A stretch of 46,739 nt of DNA from an uncultured Bacteroides sp. (GTDB taxonomy: Bacteria; Bacillota; Clostridia; Christensenellales; CAG-917). The position numbers and the translations under genes were made by a program. The notes under the pieces were generated by a model. That model made no database searches, was not told the DNA's origin, and saw only the letters and a program-made list of their open reading frames with translations. The number at the start of each line of letters is the position of its first letter. Position 1 is the first letter of the stretch. Shown piece after piece: positions 26,956 through 36,643 of this stretch. The stretch is from the NCBI GenBank assembly GCA_964624745.1, contig CAZUZK010000005.1:7131-53869 (forward strand), written 5' to 3'.

Positions 26956-28524
26956 ATGCAGAAATATACGGTCACCGAACTTGAAGAAAAAAGCATTTTT
27001 GAAATGCGCGCACTTGCAAAAGAAGTGGGCGTAAGCGCGCCGACCAAGCTTAATAAAGGTGAATTGATTGATCTCGTTTACAAAATTTCCAACGGTATCA
27101 TCGAACCGCCGACCGCACCGAAACGCGGACGTCCAAAGAAATTCGGGGTGGAAGCCACTGAGCAACCGACCTCGGAAGTAGCTGCCGAAAAAACGCAGGT
27201 TGAGCAAAAACCTCAACCGACAAGCGGAAACGCTGTCGATTCTCAAGATAAGGACAAGGCAAAATTCAAGCCGTTTTTCCGTCCGTCAAGCCAACCCTAC
27301 AACTCAAAGTCGCAATTTAAATCGCAAAATCGCGACCACGTATTTGCAGAACGCAAGGAGCTTGACGATACGGATTTGCAGGAGAGAGAAGGATATTTGG
27401 AAATCTATCCCGACGGCTACGGCTTTTTGCGCGTAAAGAACGGCGAATTTAACGATATGGACGCGTACGTTTCCGCAATGAAAATCAAGCAATACGGTTT
27501 AAGACGCGGCGATTACGTGCATAGCCTTTGCAAAAAAATGCAAGAAAACAAGCCTGCCGCAGTGATTAGCGTCACCAAAATCAACGGTATAGCATCGGAG
27601 GCTGTCGGAAAGCGTCCGCAGTTTGACGATCTTGTGCCGATATATCCCGACGAACGTATACGTCTCGAGGTGTCCCCGAGAGAATACGCAACGCGCTGTA
27701 TCGATCTCGTGTCGCCGATAGGAAAGGGACAAAGAGGTATAATCGTATCTCCGCCGAAAGCCGGTAAAACAACGCTGTTGAAGATGATTGCAAGCTCGAT
27801 TGCCACCAATTATCCCGACATCGAATTGAAGGTTCTGCTTATAGACGAACGTCCCGAAGAGGTCACCGATATGCAACGTTCTATAAAAGGCGAGGTGATT
27901 TATTCGACCTTCGACGAGCTTCCCGAGCATCACACCAAAACTGCGGAAATGCTTTTGGAAAGAGCAAAGCGACTTGTGGAATCTGGAAAAGACGTCGTTA
28001 TATTGCTCGACAGCATTACGCGCCTTGCAAGAGCGTACAACCTTACCATTCCGCCGACGGGCAGGACGCTTTCGGGCGGTATCGATCCCGGCGCCTTGCA
28101 TAGTCCAAAGCGTTTCTTCGGCTCGGCAAGAAATATCGAAAACGGCGGTTCGCTCACAATTATCGCCACCGCGCTTATCGACACCGGTAGCCGTATGGAC
28201 GACGTGATTTTTGAAGAGTTCAAGGGTACCGGCAATATGGAAATCCATCTTGACCGCAGATTAAGCGAAAAGAGAATTTTCCCGGCAATCGACCTTGCAA
28301 AGAGCGGTACGAGAAAGGAAGAATTGTTGCTTACGCAAAGCGAGCTGGAGGGTACGTGGGGCATTCGCAAAATGCTTTCAAACACCGACAATGCCGAGGC
28401 AACGGAAAATCTTATCGGCATGATTGTCAAAACAACGTCGAACAAGGAGTTTATCGAACAGCTCAATTTGCAGCTTAGAGTATTTCAAAAGGAAGGCTAT
28501 TCGTTTGTCGGAAACAAACGTTGA
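26956..28524 (+). CDS. rho: Transcription termination factor Rho with an N-terminal insertion
   Basis: Rho_N (EMRALAKEVGV), GYGFLR, PIGKGQRG.IVSPPKAGKT, LIDERPEEVTDM, STFDE, LLDSITRLARAYN, EEFKGTGNME, SGTRKEELL. Confidence 0.97.
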   Translation: MQKYTVTELEEKSIFEMRALAKEVGVSAPTKLNKGELIDLVYKISNGIIEPPTAPKRGRPKKFGVEATEQPTSEVAAEKTQVEQKPQPTSGNAVDSQDKDKAKFKPFFRPSSQPYNSKSQFKSQNRDHVFAERKELDDTDLQEREGYLEIYPDGYGFLRVKNGEFNDMDAYVSAMKIKQYGLRRGDYVHSLCKKMQENKPAAVISVTKINGIASEAVGKRPQFDDLVPIYPDERIRLEVSPREYATRCIDLVSPIGKGQRGIIVSPPKAGKTTLLKMIASSIATNYPDIELKVLLIDERPEEVTDMQRSIKGEVIYSTFDELPEHHTKTAEMLLERAKRLVESGKDVVILLDSITRLARAYNLTIPPTGRTLSGGIDPGALHSPKRFFGSARNIENGGSLTIIATALIDTGSRMDDVIFEEFKGTGNMEIHLDRRLSEKRIFPAIDLAKSGTRKEELLLTQSELEGTWGIRKMLSNTDNAEATENLIGMIVKTTSNKEFIEQLNLQLRVFQKEGYSFVGNKR

Positions 28525-28536
28525 CGAGGTGAGAGA

Positions 28537-29448
28537 ATGAGTGAATTTAAGGATTTGAGAATTGTAGACAATTTTTATCAGACGTCGGCATTTTTCCCGA
28601 TGCCGGTCGTGCTTGCGTCTACCGTGTCGGAAAGCGGACAGACTAACATCGGCTCGTATTCGCTTTGCTTCCCGTATTATATCGCAGGCAAGGACTACTA
28701 TGCTATGATACTCGAGGTTCGCAACAGCTCGAATACCGCGCAAAATCTCTTGCGTACGGGCAAGATTGCGCTCAATTTCATCACGGACGATAAAAAGTAT
28801 TTCAAAGAGGCGGTAAGATTAGGCTTTCCCGGCGACACAACAGAGCAGAAAATGAAGGATTGCCTGTTTACGCTTTCGGACAGCACGCTCGGAAACGACC
28901 GTCCGCAAATCGTTCAAGAGGCGTTTCAGGTGTTTGAATGCACGTGGGACAGCTCGCTTGAGGACGCATATCTCGATAAGCCCGGTTGTTTGGAGGGATA
29001 TGAACCGCCGTATCGCAATTTTAACGGAATCACAAGCAAATTCGGCGCGCATTTCATTTTGAAAATCGACAAGATTTGGATGAAAGAGGAGTATTACGAT
29101 TCCATAATCAACGGCGTTACAAAGAATAATTATCCCAAGGTTCCCGTCGATTACGGATACAGAGACAGCACGAATTTCTGGTGTTCTCGTTTCAAAAAAC
29201 CCTATCCCGAAAAAATACAGGCAAAGGAAGGGGACGTCAACTCCGTCAAATATGCGGCGAGCCGTATCGATCCCGAAGTGAAATTCACCGACGAAGCGTG
29301 CGCAAAGCTTACAAAGATACCGAGAGTATTCCTCAAAGCCGCGCTCACACAGATGGTGGATATTGCAAAAAGCGAGGGAATCAGCCTTATAGACGAAAAC
29401 GCGCTTGCGATTATCAACGACAAGCGCAGACAAGAAAAGAAGAAATAA
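28537..29448 (+). CDS. Flavin-reductase-like (split-barrel) protein with a C-terminal PCP_red-like three-helix domain
   Basis: FPMPVVLAST...TNIG.YS...SNTAQNL...IALNF...FECT resembles the FMN split barrel. C-terminal FTDEA..KL.KIP.VF...A.....AKSEG...I resembles the BchB/ChlB C-terminal PCP_red domain. Confidence 0.6.
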   Translation: MSEFKDLRIVDNFYQTSAFFPMPVVLASTVSESGQTNIGSYSLCFPYYIAGKDYYAMILEVRNSSNTAQNLLRTGKIALNFITDDKKYFKEAVRLGFPGDTTEQKMKDCLFTLSDSTLGNDRPQIVQEAFQVFECTWDSSLEDAYLDKPGCLEGYEPPYRNFNGITSKFGAHFILKIDKIWMKEEYYDSIINGVTKNNYPKVPVDYGYRDSTNFWCSRFKKPYPEKIQAKEGDVNSVKYAASRIDPEVKFTDEACAKLTKIPRVFLKAALTQMVDIAKSEGISLIDENALAIINDKRRQEKKK

Positions 29449-29471
29449 TTTTTGATACGTAAGAGGAAATT

Positions 29472-30737
29472 ATGACAAACAAACACAAGCTTAAAGCCGT
29501 TTTGGTGCTGTTGACGGCGATTGTGATGCTGTTCTCGTCCGTATTCGTATTCGTCGCTTGCGACAACGACGAAGATAGCGACGGCGATTTCGGTTGCAAT
29601 CACGTTTACGGCGACCCTGTCGTGACTATGGCTACGGCTTTTGAAAAAGGCACGGAAACGCAAAAATGTACGCTGTGCGGCAACACTGTCACGAGATATA
29701 TCGATTCCAACACCTTTTCGGAGCTTCAAGGTCAAAGCGACAGAGTGATTTTGTTTATCGGCGACGGTATGGGCGAAAACCATATTAAGGTAACCGAAGC
29801 GTATTATCAAAAGGAGCTGTTTTTCGACGATTGGAAGCTCGAGGGATACGTCAATACGGCGTGCGCAAGTCAATTTCAGACAACGGACAGCGCAGCGGCG
29901 GCAAGCGCAATGGCGACAGGCTATAAGTATTCAAGAGGTGAAATTGCCCAGAAAAAGGGTGTGGATATGCAATCCGTCACCGAAATCGCAAAGAGCTTGG
30001 GTAAGGGTGTAGGCATCGTTACGACGGCAACTATATCCGACGCAACGCCTGCAGGCTTTTCGGCGCATGCAAGCAAGAGAAGCGACAAGGCTACGATTAT
30101 GACAAGTCAGCTGACGTCGGGCGTTGACATCTTCCTCGGAGCAGGGCTGTATAAGGACGAAAACGACGATGACGACATCGGATATTCTGAATATAGAACG
30201 CAGTTTGAAGAGGCAGGATACACCTTCTCGACTCTTTATAGCGAGCTTAATCTCGAAAGCGACAAAATCATAGGTTCGTTCGCACAAGTCGTCAACGACG
30301 ATTTTACGGACGAAACTCCTACCTTGGACAAGCTTGCGGAATTTGCAATCGACTATCTCGAGGCAAAATATCCCAACGGCTATTTCCTTATGATTGAAGG
30401 CGCGCACATCGATAAGATGAGCAGCAATAAGGATATAACGAGCATGATGGCGTACCTTGACGAATTTGACGACGCAATCGAAGCGGTGAGCAACAAGCTT
30501 AAAGATGTTGACAATTACGCGATGATTGTCACAGCCGACCACGAATGCGGAGATTTGCAATACAACGGCGAAACGGGCAGTGACATCAACGATTCGCTCT
30601 TCCATGCAACGTATCATACAAAGGTTGACGTTCGCATTTATTCGTCTTGGAAGCTTAAGACTCTTGACGATTACGACCTGCCCGACAGAATAGACAACAC
30701 AGATATTTTTACGTTGTGCAAGCAGCTTCTCGGTTGA
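29472..30737 (+). CDS. Alkaline phosphatase family lipoprotein with one N-terminal Cys/His repeat
   Basis: Lipobox FVA-C; ILFIGDGMG, TDSAAAASAMATG (catalytic Ser), DATPAGF, EGAHID, TADHE, YHT. Confidence 0.88.
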   Translation: MTNKHKLKAVLVLLTAIVMLFSSVFVFVACDNDEDSDGDFGCNHVYGDPVVTMATAFEKGTETQKCTLCGNTVTRYIDSNTFSELQGQSDRVILFIGDGMGENHIKVTEAYYQKELFFDDWKLEGYVNTACASQFQTTDSAAAASAMATGYKYSRGEIAQKKGVDMQSVTEIAKSLGKGVGIVTTATISDATPAGFSAHASKRSDKATIMTSQLTSGVDIFLGAGLYKDENDDDDIGYSEYRTQFEEAGYTFSTLYSELNLESDKIIGSFAQVVNDDFTDETPTLDKLAEFAIDYLEAKYPNGYFLMIEGAHIDKMSSNKDITSMMAYLDEFDDAIEAVSNKLKDVDNYAMIVTADHECGDLQYNGETGSDINDSLFHATYHTKVDVRIYSSWKLKTLDDYDLPDRIDNTDIFTLCKQLLG

Positions 30738-30782
30738 TTGATTTTTGATTAAATTTCATATCGATTTTATTTAAGTTACATT

Positions 30783-30847
30783 AAAAGCGTGCCGCACGGC
30801 ACGCTTTTGTGTTACAAAAATAAATCCCGCTCGCAGGAGCGGGATTT
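30783..30847. terminator. Two adjacent terminator hairpins between convergent genes
   Basis: AAAAGCGTGCCG-CA-CGGCACGCTTTT (30783-30808) and AAATCCCGCTC-GCAG-GAGCGGGATTT (30822-30847). Confidence 0.8.
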
Positions 30848-30860
30848 GGGTTGGTTGAGA

Positions 30861-33800
30861 TTAGACGCGACGTCTTCTTATGAGGAAGAATACGAGGACT
30901 GCAAGCAAGCCGGCGCCGGCGCAAGAGCCAATTACGACAGCTGCAATTTCTCCGCCCGAGAGACCGTCCGACGGTTCCTCGATTGTCGGGGGATTGATTT
31001 TGTCTTGCAAGGATTGATATGCGTTGATTCCTTCTTGCGACTCTTTTACCTCGAGAGAGAGGTTTGAATACATGCTTTGCGCATACTCGATAGCGATTTG
31101 TCTTTCTTCATCGGTGATAGCATCGTCTATAGCCTTGATTGCATTTTCAAAGTCGTCAAGCCAAACGGAGAGCTTCGGAATAGCCTTTGTTTCGACGTGT
31201 CCGCAGATAGAGCAGATGTGAATACATTGTCCGTCGTCGGCTTTGGTGGGTTGAATGAATATTGTCCATTCGCCGTAGCTATGGCTGCATTCCGTCTTAC
31301 CGAACGCCGGGATAACTTCCTTTTGGGTGTGACCGCAAACGGAGCAGGTGCGCACTCTTTCGCCGTTTTCGGTGGTTGTCGCGCCCTTTGTCATGCTCCA
31401 ATCGCCGTAGGTGTGACCGAGGTGTTTAACAAACGTATCGATGGTGTAGCTTCCGCAATCGGGGCAGAAGTGAGAGGTGTAGCCGTCTTCTCCGCAGGTG
31501 GGAGCGACAACGGTATCGACGCACTCGCAGGTCTTTGTTTCGGTGTGGCTTTCGTCTCTTAAGCACACGTGAGTATGCGTGCCGTCGCCGTTATCTGTCC
31601 AAGAACCGTAATCGTGACCGAGTGCAGGGAGATATTCAAAATAAGAATTGTCGCACAACAGACACGTGTGTTCGATGCAGCCGCGCTCGTCGCAAGTCGC
31701 TTCCGAAAGGAGTGTTTCTTTGTAAACGTGTGCGCACGTTCCGCTCACCTTGTCGATTGATACGCTTTCAACGTAATTGCAGTTTGAGCAAGTGTGTTGT
31801 TTTTTACCTTCCGCGTCATTTGTGGGGAAGACGCTTATCGTCCATTCGCCGAAGTTGTGTCCTGTCGCTTGCACGTAGCTGTCCTTATACGAGTTTCCGC
31901 ACTTCGAGCAGGTATGCGTCGTGTATCCCTGTTCCGTACAGGTTGGCGCAGTGACGACAGCGGTGTAGTTATGCTCGCAAGCGGTTGAGCCGATTGCGGG
32001 AATGCTTTGCGTTTCAGTCTTGCCGCAGACCGTGCAGGTGTGTTCTTTAACGCCTGCGGTTGTTTGACCGGGTTGAGTCGTTACAGTCCAATCGTTATAG
32101 GTATGTTGGCCGGTAGGCACAACGTAGCTATCCTTGTAGCTGTCACCGCATTTTGTGCAGGTATGCGTCGTATAACCTTGCTCTGCGCAAGTCGGGGAAG
32201 TGACGGCATCGGTGTAGTTATGCTCGCAAGCCGTAGAGCCTGTTGCAGGGATGATTTCGCTTTCCACCTTTCCGCAAACGGAGCAGGTATGCTCTTTTAC
32301 GCCTACGGTTGTATCCGTCGGCGGTGTTTTTACCGTCCAGGCTCCGTATGTGTGTTGACCTGTTGCCGCGACATAGTTATTTTTATAGCTATCTCCGCAC
32401 TTCGAGCAGGTGTGAGTTGTATAGCCCTGATTTGCGCAAGTCGGAGCGGTGACTACGGCTGTATAGTTGTGTATGCAACCTGTAGCAGGAATATTCTCCG
32501 TTTCTACGTTGCCGCAAACCGTACAGGTGTGCGTTTTAACGCCTGCGGTTGTTTCGGTGGGTTGAGTGGTTATAGTCCACTCGCCATAGGTGTGTTGACC
32601 AGTTGCTGCGACGTAGCTGTCAACATAGCTATCACCGCACTTCGAGCAGGTATGCGTCGTATAACCTTGATCCGCGCAAGTCGGGGGAGTGACGACAGCG
32701 GTGTAGTTATGCTCGCAAGCGGTTGAACCTGTAGCAGGAATGCTTTGTGTTTCGGTCTTACCGCAAACCGTGCAGGTGTGCGTTTTAACGCCTGCGGTTG
32801 TTTGGGTAGGTTGAGTTGTTACAGTCCATTCGCCGTAGGTATGTTGACCTGTAGCGGCGACGTAGCTGTCCTTGTAGGTGTCTCCGCACTTCGAGCAGGT
32901 ATGGGTTGTATAGCCCTGATTTGCGCAGGTCGGGGGAGTGACAACATCAGTATAGCTGTGCGAGCAAGCATTTGTTTGTCTTGCGCCGTATTGTATGATG
33001 ATTTCGCTGATGTATGCCGCTGCGCTATCGCTGTCGTCGTACGTATAGTTTATTGTAAAAAATCTGTCTGAAGAATTGATTTCCCAAGTCGTACCGTCGG
33101 AGGTAGCGGATTTTTCGCCGTAGCTTGTGCCGGTGGTGGGGTATTGCGACACTTGAGAGTACGCTGTGGATTGAGTTCTCACGTCAAATTCTCTTGCCGA
33201 CTTGCCGTCCGTCATCTTAACGGTAATTGACAAAATATCGCCGGGAATTGCCGTCGTGTTAAACAAATAATACGAGGCTTTTGATACGTTCATTTGTATT
33301 TCCGAGGTGTTGCCTGGATAAATGAATGCTTGTCCGGATACGTTGTCGCTCGTCCAATCACACCAGCTATAAGATCCGCTTGCCGAGAAGTTCGACCTTG
33401 TTATCGTAATCGTTCCGCCTTGTCCCTCCTCGACGGTTATACCGCTTACCGTCTTTTCAATCGTGCCGTACTTGCATATGACGCTCGTAGAGCCGAGAGA
33501 AAGGGTGGTGTTTTTGCTTGTACCGTCAAGCCACTGGCAATCGGTGTTGTTGAGAATAGCAGTCGAATTGTCCGAGTACGTCGCAGTTACCGTCAAGCCC
33601 TTGGGGTTGAACGTCTCGCCCTCATAGTAAGCCGTTTTTGTAGGCGAACCGCTGACTGAAATATCCGTTACGCTCTTTACGGTAACCGTCATAGAGGTGG
33701 AAATGCCGGGATTGCTCTTGCTTGCGCAGGTGATTGTCGCCGTGCCGTTTGCTATTGCATTAACGGTGCCGGTAGAGTCAACCGTCGCAACGGAGGTGTT

Positions 33801-34850
33801 GTCGGAACTCCAAGTAAAATCACGTTTTGCGTTTGTGGGAGTTACCGAGGGTTGAAGAGTGATTTGACCGCCGACTGCCAACGTTGCCGTTGACTTGTCG
33901 AGGGTGATTGTTTCGATTTCGGCTTGTTCGCCGCTGTACGTGTCATATTGCGCGGCAACCGATTGGAGGGTGCTGTTGTAGGAATTTCCGTCATAGCAAT
34001 AGATTCTCGTTGCGTATTCGGGGTGATCGATAAAAGGATTGCGGTTGCCTTGAATTGCGTATACGGCTTCGTTACGCGCTTTTTCTTCTTCGGTCGGCGG
34101 CTCGAGATAGTGCCATTTGAGAAGGGTTTTTATATCGCCGATATTCTTGTTTCCGCCTTCTCCGACAACGAATTGAAGGCTAAATTCATCGCCCCAACGC
34201 GTTTGCATATACATCAAAATTCTTGCCGTCGCTCCGCGATAGCCGACGCCGGGGTAGAAGTAGTTGCCCGAAAGATAACAAAGATTATCATATGACGTCG
34301 AACCGCTTTCCTTTACGATATTTCCCGTCGTGGTCGCAACCTCGCCGAATTGGTGACTGCTTCTTGTCGAGTTCAGCTGGTCGTTACAGGGACGGAGATG
34401 GTGAGAGTCGGAGCCGGGGCCGCTTTCTGCTGTAAATGCTTTTCCGGCGTTTTTTGGCCATACGTGTTCACGGTTCGTGCCGGTGTTGAACGAACCCGAG
34501 AACGATACGCTTGTGCCGGTGTAGAACCAGATGATATTTCCGCTCTTGTTCGGGTCCTTGTCCGTTTTGGGGAATACCGTTCTCAATCCGTCGTATGACG
34601 TTTGAGTCTTGTGAGTGCTTATGATAAGCTGTGCAAGTTTGCTTCTGAAAGTGGAGCCTTGCACGTCGCTTGCAAGCGATTCTATGCTCGCATAATAGTC
34701 GCTGTCGGCTTCGGCAACCTGTTCGCACGTGTGGTCGTGCGCGCAAACGGTAAATGCGCCGATATAACCGAATGCGGAGCCGAGTGCTATAACAAGCACA
34801 AGCATGAAAACTGCAAGCGTTGCATAATTTGCAAATTTCAATCCTTTCAT
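30861..34850 (-). CDS. Secreted, membrane-anchored Endonuclease I family nuclease with Ig-like domains and a Cys/His-rich repeat stalk
   Basis: Signal peptide; NREHVWPK, DSHHLRP, RGATARILMYM, RN..YAIQGNRNPFIDHP. BIG2-like (ITLDKS..L.VG..TWSSDN.SVATVD..G.V.A...GTATIT) and Ig-like (PTKTAYYEGETFNPKGLTVTATYSD) domains. Many H.Y...T.PTC..GYT.HTC..CG repeats; C-terminal TM helix followed by RRRRV. Confidence 0.88.
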   Translation of the reverse strand: MKGLKFANYATLAVFMLVLVIALGSAFGYIGAFTVCAHDHTCEQVAEADSDYYASIESLASDVQGSTFRSKLAQLIISTHKTQTSYDGLRTVFPKTDKDPNKSGNIIWFYTGTSVSFSGSFNTGTNREHVWPKNAGKAFTAESGPGSDSHHLRPCNDQLNSTRSSHQFGEVATTTGNIVKESGSTSYDNLCYLSGNYFYPGVGYRGATARILMYMQTRWGDEFSLQFVVGEGGNKNIGDIKTLLKWHYLEPPTEEEKARNEAVYAIQGNRNPFIDHPEYATRIYCYDGNSYNSTLQSVAAQYDTYSGEQAEIETITLDKSTATLAVGGQITLQPSVTPTNAKRDFTWSSDNTSVATVDSTGTVNAIANGTATITCASKSNPGISTSMTVTVKSVTDISVSGSPTKTAYYEGETFNPKGLTVTATYSDNSTAILNNTDCQWLDGTSKNTTLSLGSTSVICKYGTIEKTVSGITVEEGQGGTITITRSNFSASGSYSWCDWTSDNVSGQAFIYPGNTSEIQMNVSKASYYLFNTTAIPGDILSITVKMTDGKSAREFDVRTQSTAYSQVSQYPTTGTSYGEKSATSDGTTWEINSSDRFFTINYTYDDSDSAAAYISEIIIQYGARQTNACSHSYTDVVTPPTCANQGYTTHTCSKCGDTYKDSYVAATGQHTYGEWTVTTQPTQTTAGVKTHTCTVCGKTETQSIPATGSTACEHNYTAVVTPPTCADQGYTTHTCSKCGDSYVDSYVAATGQHTYGEWTITTQPTETTAGVKTHTCTVCGNVETENIPATGCIHNYTAVVTAPTCANQGYTTHTCSKCGDSYKNNYVAATGQHTYGAWTVKTPPTDTTVGVKEHTCSVCGKVESEIIPATGSTACEHNYTDAVTSPTCAEQGYTTHTCTKCGDSYKDSYVVPTGQHTYNDWTVTTQPGQTTAGVKEHTCTVCGKTETQSIPAIGSTACEHNYTAVVTAPTCTEQGYTTHTCSKCGNSYKDSYVQATGHNFGEWTISVFPTNDAEGKKQHTCSNCNYVESVSIDKVSGTCAHVYKETLLSEATCDERGCIEHTCLLCDNSYFEYLPALGHDYGSWTDNGDGTHTHVCLRDESHTETKTCECVDTVVAPTCGEDGYTSHFCPDCGSYTIDTFVKHLGHTYGDWSMTKGATTTENGERVRTCSVCGHTQKEVIPAFGKTECSHSYGEWTIFIQPTKADDGQCIHICSICGHVETKAIPKLSVWLDDFENAIKAIDDAITDEERQIAIEYAQSMYSNLSLEVKESQEGINAYQSLQDKINPPTIEEPSDGLSGGEIAAVVIGSCAGAGLLAVLVFFLIRRRRV
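31860..32965 (-). repeat. Intragenic tandem repeat, ~249-bp (83-aa) units each made of two CxxC/His sub-repeats
   Basis: GTGTAGTTATGCTCGCAAGC recurs at 31963, 32212 and 32701. The protein unit ACEHNYTAVVTPPTC..QGYTTHTCSKCGDSY.DSYVAATGQHTYGEWT.TTQPT.TTAGVKTHTCTVCG occurs about 4.5 times, with more diverged copies toward 31200. Confidence 0.9.
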
Positions 34851-34994
34851 AATCCGTCCTTCGTTGTTGCAAGCATAGCTTGCATAATCGTGTACATTAT
34901 AACATATTCAAAAAGTCATTTCAACCGCGATAGGGGATTATTTTATTTATTATTAAATAAATATTAAAAGAAAATATATTTGTACAACAGATGT

Positions 34995-35023
34995 AAAAAA
35001 AAGAGCAACCGCTAGGGTTGCTC
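34995..35023 (-). terminator. Intrinsic terminator after the HlyC/CorC gene
   Basis: GAGCAACC-CTAGC-GGTTGCTC followed by T8 on the minus strand. Confidence 0.85.
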
Positions 35024-35043
35024 GATTTATTATTGTCAGACCG

Positions 35044-36405
35044 TCAGTCTTCGTCGCGCTTGTCCGATTTGTCAAACAGCTTGAATTTGCCTTCCTGCTG
35101 TTCCTCGTTTTCGTCCTCCGTCGGATTTATGCGAACCTTGACGTCGAGAATTTTGCGTTGGGTAAGGCGCGTTACGGTTATAGTCAGGTTTTGATAATCG
35201 AAGGATTGCGCCTTTTGCGGAATATCGCCGATTTGCTCGATAACCCAACCGCTCACCGTTTGCGAGTCGAACTTTTCGTTTTCGTCCTCGTCTATGCCGA
35301 AATGCTCGAAGAAATCGTCAAGCTCTGCGCGTGCGTCAACCATATACGTATCGTCGTCGATTTTGGTGAAGTAGTTTATCACCTCGTCGTGTTCGTCCCA
35401 GATTTCGCCGACAAGCTCTTCCAAAATGTCTTCAAGGGTGACGATGCCGAGAGTTCCGCCGTATTCGTCCACGACAACCGCCATATGTACCTTTTGCTTT
35501 TGTAGGGTTTTGAGCAGGGTGGATATTTTCATATGCTCGGTTGCGACTGCAACGGGGGTGATATAGCTCTTTATATTCTTCTCGCCTTTTTCAAGCGCGG
35601 TGAAGAAGTCGATGTTGTGTATCATTCCGACAATGGAATCTATCGTGTCCTTATATACGGGAAGTCGAGAGAAGTTGTATTCAAGGAAAATCGCCTTGAT
35701 TTTGTCCATCGACATATTCATCGGCACCGCAATCACGTTTACGCGCGGAACGAGAATATCCTCAACCTCTGCGTCGTCAAATTCGATTGCGCTCGAAATA
35801 AGCTCTCTTTCGGCGTTGTCAAGCGAGCCGTCTTCTTGAGCTTCTTCAACCATAGACAGCAATTCTTCTTCAGTGATTCTGTCGTCGTCCTTGGACTTAA
35901 ACAGCTTTTTCAACACCCATTTCAAGCCTGCAAACACTATTGTTATCGGATAAAGGATAATCATTATCACGCGGATAGGGTAGCCGAAAGCCATGCTAAG
36001 CCTTTCCGAATTTTCCTTTGCAATCATTTTGGGCGTGATTTCTCCGAACGTCAAAACGATAACGGTGGACACGGCGATAGATACGACGCCGCTCACCGCA
36101 GGGTCGGGAATAACCGTTTCAAATATGTTGTTGAAAAGCACTGAAAGCGTGATGTTGACAAGGTTGTTTCCCACCAAAATAGTGGAAAGTAGCTTGTCAA
36201 ATCTGTCCAAGAGATAAAGCGCGTTTTGCGCGGCTTTGTTGCCGCCTTGCGCTTTAAGCTTCAATTTTGTTCTGTTAACGGAACTGAAAGCCGTTTCCGT
36301 TGCCGAAAAGAACCCCGAAAACAGCACCAATATTACGATAAATACCGACGATAAAATTATACTGTCAGGGTCAGGATCCGATGCCGCACTCAATAAATTG
36401 CCCAT
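35044..36405 (-). CDS. Hemolysin-family HlyC/CorC (CNNM/DUF21 + CBS pair + CorC) Mg2+/Co2+ transport protein
   Basis: [76 protein letters not shown] 36405 has an AAGGAG RBS. Confidence 0.93.
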   Translation of the reverse strand: MGNLLSAASDPDPDSIILSSVFIVILVLFSGFFSATETAFSSVNRTKLKLKAQGGNKAAQNALYLLDRFDKLLSTILVGNNLVNITLSVLFNNIFETVIPDPAVSGVVSIAVSTVIVLTFGEITPKMIAKENSERLSMAFGYPIRVIMIILYPITIVFAGLKWVLKKLFKSKDDDRITEEELLSMVEEAQEDGSLDNAERELISSAIEFDDAEVEDILVPRVNVIAVPMNMSMDKIKAIFLEYNFSRLPVYKDTIDSIVGMIHNIDFFTALEKGEKNIKSYITPVAVATEHMKISTLLKTLQKQKVHMAVVVDEYGGTLGIVTLEDILEELVGEIWDEHDEVINYFTKIDDDTYMVDARAELDDFFEHFGIDEDENEKFDSQTVSGWVIEQIGDIPQKAQSFDYQNLTITVTRLTQRKILDVKVRINPTEDENEEQQEGKFKLFDKSDKRDED

Positions 36406-36530
36406 CAAATTCTCCTTGTTAGCTTAGTTATGTCAATTATGTTAACATATAAACGTCGATTTGTAAATATGTTTTGCAAGGGAAGAGCGGATATTTTTTC
36501 AATATTTCGCAATTAAAATGCGTCAAGCAC

Positions 36531-36559
36531 TTGTCAAATTCGATTTGTTCATATATAAT
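36531..36559 (+). promoter_or_regulatory. Sigma-A promoter for the candidate RNA and tRNA-Ser
   Basis: TTGTCA (36531-36536), 17 bp, TATAAT (36554-36559). Confidence 0.75.
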
Positions 36560-36566
36560 CTATCAC

Positions 36567-36643
36567 GTTGGGTTTACGAGATGTCTCGCTGAACAGTTGG
36601 AGGAAATGGCTTTGTTTACCATTGGCTTCCAACTGCCACCCAC
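36567..36643 (+). ncRNA. Candidate small structured RNA co-transcribed with tRNA-Ser
   Basis: Closing stem GTTGGGT/ACCCAC; hairpin CGAGA-TG-TCTCG; 10-bp stem CAGTTGGAGG/CTTCCAACTG enclosing AATGG/CCATT. Confidence 0.5.

Noticed and set aside
31860-32965. Nuclease repeats as a DGR template/variable repeat pair or as heme-binding motifs
   Set aside because: There is no reverse transcriptase in the window, the copies are in-frame tandem units with largely synonymous differences, and the motifs are HxCxxCG rather than CxxCH.
36567-36643. Second tRNA, T-box or SRP RNA upstream of tRNA-Ser
   Set aside because: No TTCGA T-loop or CCA end, no T-box AGGGTGGNACCGCG, and no SRP GGAA/AGCAG domain IV motif.
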